Positions 9,553-16,826 of a stretch of 30,688 bases of DNA are shown piece after piece. A program made the position numbers and the translations under genes. The stretch covers positions 1-30,688 of the forward strand of contig JAFGGO010000038.1 in NCBI GenBank assembly GCA_016930515.1, written 5' to 3'. A model generated the notes under the pieces. That model was not told where the DNA came from, made no database searches, and was given only the letters and a program-made list of their open reading frames with translations. Each line of letters starts with the position of its first letter. Position 1 is the first letter of the stretch. This stretch comes from Promethearchaeota archaeon (GTDB lineage: Archaea > Asgardarchaeota > Lokiarchaeia > Sigyniarchaeales > SOKP01).

Positions 9553-10323
9553 TTATTCAAATCTAAATTTACCTATTGCCGTAATTCCATTATCGGAAAT
9601 TTTTAATACTTCAGTTGTTAAAGGATAACCGGAGCACGAAAATTCTTTTAGGACGATACCGCCCAATCGATTAACCAGATCAAGATTTTTCTCAGATAAA
9701 ATATAAACAAAATCCCTACATGGAACGAGTGCTAAAATTGGCCATCCAATTAAGGATTTTATTTTGCTTTTTAATTGAGGACTTAGAATTAAAGAGGCTT
9801 TTAAAAGAGAATTCGTTTCAAAACAAACGATTGGAGTTTGATTAAAATTTAAAATTTTCAATGGAACAGAATTAAATAATTCACGCATGTTTTCTTTAGC
9901 TACTTGTCGTAATTCTTTTATGTCAACATTCCACTCTTGGAGCATGTTTGTTGTTATCCAAGTCATTCCAAAATCATTTTCATCAACATAAACTGCAACC
10001 ATATTAGTGAATTCCGTGATTTTTTCGTAGATAATGTTTTCAAAATCGTAATTTGAGGGCTCTAAAGAAAGAAAGATTCTCTTTGACGCTTTTTGCCATT
10101 CACTAGGCACTTCCTGGATGTTTAAAATCTGATCAACAAATAATCGGACGATTTCAGGACTTTTAACTCTGTCGTATTCCTTTTCTAAGTTTTCAATTGT
10201 TACATTTAATTTTGAACTCCCGTTATTAATAATATATGTTTTTTCAGTTTGAGAGATTATCTCGATATTTTTCTCTAGAAGCAACTCTTCAAACAGTTGT
10301 TTTGCAGATTTCACGATATTCAC
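9553..10323 (-). CDS. DUF1444/YtpQ-like hypothetical protein
   Basis: Pattern AVYVD....MTWIT..ML.EW......L...A.EN and ASLILSP......IGWPILALVPCRDFVYI resembles the DUF1444 family; lies 4 nt downstream of aor. Confidence 0.6.
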   Translation of the reverse strand: MNIVKSAKQLFEELLLEKNIEIISQTEKTYIINNGSSKLNVTIENLEKEYDRVKSPEIVRLFVDQILNIQEVPSEWQKASKRIFLSLEPSNYDFENIIYEKITEFTNMVAVYVDENDFGMTWITTNMLQEWNVDIKELRQVAKENMRELFNSVPLKILNFNQTPIVCFETNSLLKASLILSPQLKSKIKSLIGWPILALVPCRDFVYILSEKNLDLVNRLGGIVLKEFSCSGYPLTTEVLKISDNGITAIGKFRFE

Positions 10324-10327
10324 TATA

Positions 10328-12046
10328 TTATCCCAAGCGATTCCAAAAATTATTTAATTCATCTTTTGATATCGAAACCCTTAGATTTAAGGGTTCAGAA
10401 CTTTCTTCTCGAAAGAATTTAGGTAACATATTTTGATCTCGAGGGATTCCTGCTTTCTCGTTAAATTTAAGTTCCATTTTAAGAATCTCTTTTCCTATTA
10501 TAACAACCTCATCAGCGGAAAGGTTTAATCCGTACATAGCGTTAAGTGCATTAGTTAATAATTCAATCATTTCAAAGTTTACTCCAATAAAATAACAACA
10601 ACCCATCGAATCAAGAATTGCAATACAAATCTGTAATTCATAAGATAATTCAAGCTTGTTATTATCTTCATTATATTCTCCATATTCTTTATCTAGGTGA
10701 GCCTTACGACCAACAATAGCGGGACCAGAAGTATGATCTGCACCCATTGGTGACGTGGCGTAAGTAATCCCCATTGCTTTAAACACGCGAGGATCGTACG
10801 CAGATAATCCTTGACCCTTAACATGGGGAACTCTCTTTGCATGTAAAGTAATACCTATGTGCTTGACTCCGTTACCATATAAAAATCCTACCTCCGTGCC
10901 GTTACGGATTTCTTCGTTTAAAATCTTTAAAACTGTTGTAGAATCACCCCATTTTAGTTGATTACAATCCATAGCAACTCCAATTGTTCCACCAAATTCG
11001 ATGGTATCGACACCTATATCGTCACAATATCTATTAATTAAGGCGAGAGCGTCTAAGTCGTTTATCAAGAGATTGGAGCCATTTAATGCTATCGTCTCGT
11101 ATTCCATGCTAGCTGTTACAAAATTTCCATTTGAATCCATTACTTGATTTGAGCATTTAATAACACATGTAGGACTACAAGGTAATCTATTTTTACCGTT
11201 TCGAGAAACTATAAGTTCATGAAGTTTTTCACCTGAGATCTTCTCAACATCTTCGTAAGATCCTCTTTTAAAATTCTCTGTGGGAAGTCCTCCATAAATA
11301 TTCATCCCTTGCGTTAGGTTTGGAGTGCCATATATTGAGAACCATTCCTTTGATTCTGCTAATTCCTTGGCAAAAGGTTTAACGATGGCTTTAAATTTGT
11401 TACGATCTACAATCGAGATTTTTGATTTTCTAGTTGGAATGATTACAACAGCCTTTAGCTTTTTTGATCCCATAACAGCGCCTAATCCACCTCTAGCGGC
11501 ATGACGACTTGGATATCCCTCTAGATCGTTAGCAGCAACGCTGGCAGACTTCATGGTTAATTCTCCCGCGGGACCTATTGAGAATATTCCGATTTTTTTA
11601 CCATAAACCTCGTAAAGCTTTTCGGATAATTCATAATTACCAATTCTTGCGTATTCTTGAGCTTCTTCAAGTCTTATATTATCGTCCTCAATTACCAGAA
11701 GTTTTAAGCGTGGTGAAATTCCTTCAAACACCAGAGCTCGAATGCCATGTAAAGCAAGCATCATTGAAGGTCTTCCTCCCACATTTGCCTCTTTAATGCC
11801 GTTAGTAAGCGGACTTTTTGCGCCCACCGAAGCTCGTCCAGAACACGGAAATGAACTCCCTGTTAATAAGCCATTTGAAATTATTAGTTTATTATCTTCC
11901 CCAAGAGGATCGCAATCTGGCGGTACCTCATCGTAAACGAGGTGGGAAGTGAGACCTCTTGCTCCATATAAATAATAAATAGAATCTTTCGAAATTTTTT
12001 GGTTAACAATTGTTGCTTTTTTTAGATTCACGCGAACTATATCCAT
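10328..12046 (-). CDS. aor: Aldehyde:ferredoxin oxidoreductase family (tungstopterin enzyme)
   Basis: AKSPLTNGIKEANVGG, SIGPAGE, AARGGLGAVMGSKKLKA, CSPTCVIKC (Fe-S), EYET, DDIGVDTI, YATSPMGADH, DSMGCC. Confidence 0.93.
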   Translation of the reverse strand: MDIVRVNLKKATIVNQKISKDSIYYLYGARGLTSHLVYDEVPPDCDPLGEDNKLIISNGLLTGSSFPCSGRASVGAKSPLTNGIKEANVGGRPSMMLALHGIRALVFEGISPRLKLLVIEDDNIRLEEAQEYARIGNYELSEKLYEVYGKKIGIFSIGPAGELTMKSASVAANDLEGYPSRHAARGGLGAVMGSKKLKAVVIIPTRKSKISIVDRNKFKAIVKPFAKELAESKEWFSIYGTPNLTQGMNIYGGLPTENFKRGSYEDVEKISGEKLHELIVSRNGKNRLPCSPTCVIKCSNQVMDSNGNFVTASMEYETIALNGSNLLINDLDALALINRYCDDIGVDTIEFGGTIGVAMDCNQLKWGDSTTVLKILNEEIRNGTEVGFLYGNGVKHIGITLHAKRVPHVKGQGLSAYDPRVFKAMGITYATSPMGADHTSGPAIVGRKAHLDKEYGEYNEDNNKLELSYELQICIAILDSMGCCYFIGVNFEMIELLTNALNAMYGLNLSADEVVIIGKEILKMELKFNEKAGIPRDQNMLPKFFREESSEPLNLRVSISKDELNNFWNRLG

Positions 12047-12152
12047 ATTAAAAAAATATGATTTTATTATATTTTACACTTTCTTATATAATTCATAAAA
12101 AAATTAGGTTTATACTTCTTTTATCAATAATATAATAATAGAAAAAATGTTT

Positions 12153-13163
12153 TTATATAGAGTTAGTTTTTTGAGTTTTTTTATGGATAATTACAATGAC
12201 TGCAATGATTGAAATTAATCCAAGACCACTGATGATGTATAGATCATATCCAGGGATACCCTCGGTATTTTCTGGTTTTCCAATACTGGTAGCCAAATGA
12301 ATGGGGATATCGACTAGACTTTCAAATACAATTAACACGGATTCAGTTTCTTCAGGAGTATAACTAATTGCGTCATTCTCTTGATCAATTGTTAAAGTTG
12401 TCTCACCTTGTAGGGTATAGCTTCCATCAACTGAGGCAGATGATTGAGGCGAATTACTAACAACACTTTTTAAGCTTGAAAGTATTTTTGAAAAGATTGA
12501 CACTTTCACTATGGGAGTTGTTGGTGTAGATACTTCTTCTACGACATAAGCATCCAATATTAAATCCGCTTCAACAACGACAGTTGCATCCAATGTTACT
12601 TCTGCATATACAACTGGCTCTTCCACTTCTGCCCATAATATTAAATCTGCCTCATATACTACGTCCGCTTCCAAGACTAACGGGTCTTCAGGTCCGTTAT
12701 ATATTCCTGGTTCAACCTCAATATCCAACGCATACATTGCATTTTTATCATTAATGGGTTCAACATGAATATAAACCTCTCGAGCTGCCGTGGCTTGAAA
12801 TCTCACGATCTCGTATAACCCTGTAAGTGTAGACTCCTCTACAATAATCCCGTTGAAATACAAATGAAGGTCTAAATTGGCAGGTTTATAGGTAAACGTG
12901 AGCATCACCGTGATGTAATCCCCTTGTTGCACATTCAAATAATAAAAATCATCATCTAATGCCGCTAACTGCGTATGGTATCCCTCAGGAATCTCAATCG
13001 CACCCGCATAAGAATCATTATCAGCAAATTCACCTCCTGATCTACTTTCATATCGATCATCTTGCGCTTGTGCCATAACATTAGAAATTCCAAAAAAGAA
13101 GCTAACAGAGAAGAGAAAGAGGAGTAAAACAAGTGTTCGCCGACTTAAGTTAATATAATTCAT
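12153..13163 (-). CDS. Secreted surface protein: signal peptide, PPC-like domain, hexapeptide-repeat segment, Loki-CTERM-type anchor
   Basis: N-terminal RR + hydrophobic + AQA signal peptide; PPC-like DDDFYYLNVQQGDYITVML...NLDLHLY; C-terminal IPGYDLYIISGLGLISIIAVIVIIHKK. Confidence 0.8.
   Translation of the reverse strand: MNYINLSRRTLVLLLFLFSVSFFFGISNVMAQAQDDRYESRSGGEFADNDSYAGAIEIPEGYHTQLAALDDDFYYLNVQQGDYITVMLTFTYKPANLDLHLYFNGIIVEESTLTGLYEIVRFQATAAREVYIHVEPINDKNAMYALDIEVEPGIYNGPEDPLVLEADVVYEADLILWAEVEEPVVYAEVTLDATVVVEADLILDAYVVEEVSTPTTPIVKVSIFSKILSSLKSVVSNSPQSSASVDGSYTLQGETTLTIDQENDAISYTPEETESVLIVFESLVDIPIHLATSIGKPENTEGIPGYDLYIISGLGLISIIAVIVIIHKKTQKTNSI
12531..12680 (-). repeat. Degenerate hexapeptide repeat inside the surface protein
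   Basis: LVLEAD-VVYEAD-LILWAE-VEEP-VVYAE-VTLDAT-VVVEAD-LILDAY-VVEEV; EADLIL occurs twice. Confidence 0.65.
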
Positions 13164-13331
13164 ATAATTAAGTACTGTTTCTGGGGCTATTAAATTTTTT
13201 GTATATATTCTTTCAAAGGTTTTTATCGACCTCTTATTATTTTAAAACAATTAATGAGGTATCTAGAGCTGAAAATATAAATCAAGATTGATTTATTCTA
13301 AATTATAAAAAGGGTGAAAGAATATAGAAAA

Positions 13332-13850
13332 TTAAAATTTTTCAAAATGCATTATTTCCTCTAAAGAGCGTCTATCTTCAACTTCTCCTCTAGTTTTTGC
13401 CGGATAACCAAGTGGAGTAAGCCCAAGAACTCGAAATTCTTCTGGTATTTGTAAGGCCTTTTTAATTTCGTTTTCGTTAAAATATCCAATCCAGCACGTT
13501 CCTAGTCCTTCGGCGGTAGCCGCTAATATAATGTGTTCGAAACATATTCCGAAATCTACAGAATAATATTTCATGCCGTTTATATTGGTTCCCGAGCCTT
13601 TTTCAGCAATACATCCTACAATATACATTGGAGCGTCTGCAAATTTATTATATTGTCCTATGGCGTCCCAAACCAGTTTAACTATATCAGGATCTTGAAC
13701 GACCACATAATGCATCCCTTGCATATTTGCCCATGTTGGGGCTAAACGAGCGGAATTAATAATTCTTGTGATTTGCTCTCTTGTAGGCATTTCGCGCTTG
13801 AAGATCCTATAGGATCTACGCTTCTTTATAACCTCGTAAAAATCCATCAT
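13332..13850 (-). CDS. Nitroreductase family flavoprotein
   Basis: RRSYRIF, ARLAPTWANMQ, LAATAEGLGTCWIG, LTPLGYP. Confidence 0.93.
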   Translation of the reverse strand: MMDFYEVIKKRRSYRIFKREMPTREQITRIINSARLAPTWANMQGMHYVVVQDPDIVKLVWDAIGQYNKFADAPMYIVGCIAEKGSGTNINGMKYYSVDFGICFEHIILAATAEGLGTCWIGYFNENEIKKALQIPEEFRVLGLTPLGYPAKTRGEVEDRRSLEEIMHFEKF

Positions 13851-14039
13851 AATTTCCTCTTTCTAAATGTCACGAATTAGTAAATATTTTATTCTAAAAA
13901 ATGATTATATTGTTTAAATCTTTTGTTGAATATAAAAACAACCCATTAAAAGAGAAAATATTGATATTTTCTCGTTTGATTTTATTATTTTAATTTTGAA
14001 TTATTGTTTCATTGATATTAAATTCGTTGGAGGATAATA

Positions 14040-14047
14040 TTTATAAA
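14040..14047 (+). promoter_or_regulatory. Candidate TATA box of tfb
   Basis: TTTATAAA preceded by the purine-rich GGAGGATAA, ~110 nt upstream of the ATG; SD GAGGT at 14145-14149. AT-rich context lowers specificity. Confidence 0.35.
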
Positions 14048-14155
14048 CGAAAGTGCTTCATATTTTATCTAATCCAAAAGTGGTAACTCTAGACTTTTTG
14101 AATAGTAAACTTAATGCTTTCAACGTTCGTGTTGTTTAGCATTTGAGGTAAAAAA

Positions 14156-15082
14156 ATGAACGAAATCTATAGAGCTCGTCTGCGAGATAAAACTGAACCT
14201 GATATTCAATCTACTTATAAACAATGTTGCGATAGTCCTTACATAGAATCTAGAGACGGAAACAAGGTCTGCATGAATTGCGGCATGATTTCCGAAAGGA
14301 CATTTGTAGGAAACGAGAGGAGAGCTTATACAATCGAGGAAATTCAAAGCAGGAGGCGGACGGAACCAAGATGGAGGGATTTTGGACCGAGAACCATGTT
14401 ACCAACAACAAAAACAGATTCTAAAGGTAAATCTCTAGGTCCAAAAGAACAAGCGTTATTTTCAAGATTATCAAAAATACAGAATTCTTTAATATCAAGC
14501 ATAGAAAGAAACTTTTGGGAAGCGAAACCCAAATTAAAAATGCTTACGTCAAAACTCAACATCCCAGAATACATATCAGAAACCGCTTGGAAAATATATA
14601 GCGTAGTCGCCAAGAAAAAATTAACCATGGGAAGATCAATTAACGGATTCATATCTGGCTCGCTCTATGCCGCAATACGAGTACACGATTTCCCTCGATT
14701 ATTGGACGAGATTTGTGAAGCTTCTTTAACTCCTCGAAGAACCGTTCACAGGAGCTTAGCAATGATAATTCGAGAGGTACTACCCGAACTTAATTTATCT
14801 TACCAACCCATAACCGCTGAAAAACTCGTATTTCGATTTGGAAACGAATTAGATTTACCCATTCAAATACAAAAAAACGCCATCAACTTGCTCATTGAGG
14901 CTTCAAAAAACGGATTAAAAAGGACTGGAAAAGATCCAAAGGGATTAGCAGCAGCGTGCATCTACATTGCTGCAAAAGAAGGACTCGTGAGAAAAACCCA
15001 AACAAAAGTAGCAGACATCGCAAAAATAACTGAAGTAACTCTACGTAGTAGAGCAAAGCAAATCAAACTCAAGCTTAATTAG
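14156..15082 (+). CDS. tfb: Transcription initiation factor B (TFB/TFIIB)
   Basis: Zn ribbon CCDSP...VCMNCG; two cyclin repeats (MGRSINGFISGSLYAAIR; TGKDPKGLAAACIYIAA); C-terminal HTH TQTKVADIAKITEVTLRSR. Confidence 0.93.
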   Translation: MNEIYRARLRDKTEPDIQSTYKQCCDSPYIESRDGNKVCMNCGMISERTFVGNERRAYTIEEIQSRRRTEPRWRDFGPRTMLPTTKTDSKGKSLGPKEQALFSRLSKIQNSLISSIERNFWEAKPKLKMLTSKLNIPEYISETAWKIYSVVAKKKLTMGRSINGFISGSLYAAIRVHDFPRLLDEICEASLTPRRTVHRSLAMIIREVLPELNLSYQPITAEKLVFRFGNELDLPIQIQKNAINLLIEASKNGLKRTGKDPKGLAAACIYIAAKEGLVRKTQTKVADIAKITEVTLRSRAKQIKLKLN

Positions 15083-15106
15083 ATATCTTTTTATGGGTTT
15101 TTATTT

Positions 15107-15682
15107 TTAATTTTCTTTGTCGTTTTTTTTAGATTCCTGTTCTCGTTCGATTTTTAAACTCTTGTTTAATCCACCCGCAGCAATGACAATTCCTCCTATT
15201 GTAAAACCACAGAAAGTATACATTAAAATATTCCATAAAACGACTACATAAAAAGGGGTAGATGATGTATCTAGTAAAATTGATTCAAACGATACTTTAA
15301 TTGAACCTAAAACAATCACTTGGTTTTGCAACAAATAAAGATATTCCATTTGAATGAAGGCACCAATCAATATTAACAATCCGTAAATAATTGAATATTT
15401 TGATAAATATTCCATGCTAAATTTCTTTTTTACAACTAATCGAAAATACAAAAATCCGAGGAAAATAAAACAACAAGATAAGATCGCCATAAAAAGCCAA
15501 CTAAAAGATCCAGTAAGATTAAATTCTTCTGAAAATATGAAAGAGAGAATGAGATATTGCTCCGCATTAATGTTTATTGTTGTAAAACTCATTATTAGGA
15601 TTGATATTAATTCAAGTGTTGAGAATAAGATCAACCCCACGCTTAATACTTTTAAATATTTGTCAATTATGACGCGATCCAG
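15107..15682 (-). CDS. Hypothetical membrane protein (~4 TM helices)
   Basis: Four hydrophobic segments and a charged C-terminal tail. The frame is open upstream of the track's GTG 15640 to a CTG at 15682, which has GGGTG 8 nt upstream; start uncertain. Confidence 0.7.
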   Translation of the reverse strand: MDRVIIDKYLKVLSVGLILFSTLELISILIMSFTTININAEQYLILSFIFSEEFNLTGSFSWLFMAILSCCFIFLGFLYFRLVVKKKFSMEYLSKYSIIYGLLILIGAFIQMEYLYLLQNQVIVLGSIKVSFESILLDTSSTPFYVVVLWNILMYTFCGFTIGGIVIAAGGLNKSLKIEREQESKKNDKEN

Positions 15683-15805
15683 CTTTTAGGCACCCATGTT
15701 GTATTAATTTGAAATTAAAAATAATATATTTTAACTTAAATTAAAATAATTTAAAAATTATCATGTTTATTGGATAGATGAAGGACCAATTTAGGACGGA
15801 TAATA

Positions 15806-16783
15806 TTGAGTGATAAAAAAAAAAGTAGGGAATGCACCCACGAGAATACTCGCCTTGATGGTGGCTATCTTGTATGTCAAGATTGTGGAATTGTATTAGA
15901 CGAGAATTTAGCCTTTGAAAAATATAATCCCGTTAGCGAATTTTCTGATTCCCAAAGAGATTACGAAATTAGTATTCGGAGGAGAGATTCCAGAGCAACA
16001 CAAGATCCAAAAATAAAAGAACAGTATAATAAAATACTCACTCTTGAAAAATGGTTCAAGGATTCAAAATCTACTTTTTCAGAACAGAAACGACTTATAG
16101 AGCTTTTAAAAGGATATAAAATTGGATTGAACATCGATAATGTTAAATATCAAGAAATCAAGGATAGATATCTAAAATATAACAAGAATCACAAAAAACC
16201 GTATCAGAACATGGTAATTATTTTTCTAGCCATTATCTGGATGGAGGTAAAAGACACCACGAACATCCGCATTGAACGCTTTATAGACGCTTGTAATGAG
16301 TTGGGACATAAAGTGAACAAAAAGATGCTCAATAACGCAATGCTCAAAATTAAAAACATTGAAATTAAAAAGAAAAAGAAAAAATTTAAAAACATGTCTG
16401 ATATTGAGGCAGAGATTAAAGATAAAATAAAGATTTTGCTCCAAAAAAATTTAAACGACATCTCCTTCGATAAAATCGCTGAATTTTTCAAAAACAAGGA
16501 CCAATACGAAAAATTCAAGATAAAAATGCTTTTATTAGCTGATCAAATTCTTCAAGATATCTCATACGAAGATATTAAAAACATGAACTATAAGGCTTTT
16601 ACAGCGGGATTATTATATTATATTGGGCGCGCAATTGACCAACGGAAAATATTCACGCAATCCTTAATTGAAGAGACAACGAAATTTTCTAGCACGACTA
16701 TTAGAAAAAAATACAAAATGCTAAAAGAAATTTTGGGGAATAAATACTTTTCAAGGAACGAGAATAAATATGAAGTACACTAG
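15806..16783 (+). CDS. Divergent TFB/TFIIB-like paralog
   Basis: TFIIB-type Zn ribbon CTHE...YLVCQDCGIVLDE; C-terminal cyclin repeat and HTH (KAFTAGLLYYIG...FTQSLIEETTKFSSTTIRKKYKML) matching the TFB pattern TQ..IA.....T.R.RYK.L. Confidence 0.75.
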   Translation: MSDKKKSRECTHENTRLDGGYLVCQDCGIVLDENLAFEKYNPVSEFSDSQRDYEISIRRRDSRATQDPKIKEQYNKILTLEKWFKDSKSTFSEQKRLIELLKGYKIGLNIDNVKYQEIKDRYLKYNKNHKKPYQNMVIIFLAIIWMEVKDTTNIRIERFIDACNELGHKVNKKMLNNAMLKIKNIEIKKKKKKFKNMSDIEAEIKDKIKILLQKNLNDISFDKIAEFFKNKDQYEKFKIKMLLLADQILQDISYEDIKNMNYKAFTAGLLYYIGRAIDQRKIFTQSLIEETTKFSSTTIRKKYKMLKEILGNKYFSRNENKYEVH

Positions 16784-16826
16784 ATTATAACTTATATTAT
16801 AATGATATGAACATAAAAATTTTATA

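Noticed and set aside
15107-15682. Membrane protein as a CDC50-like or beta subunit of the ATPases
   Set aside because: It has about 4 TM helices with short loops rather than 2 TM helices with a large ectodomain, and it is on the opposite strand.
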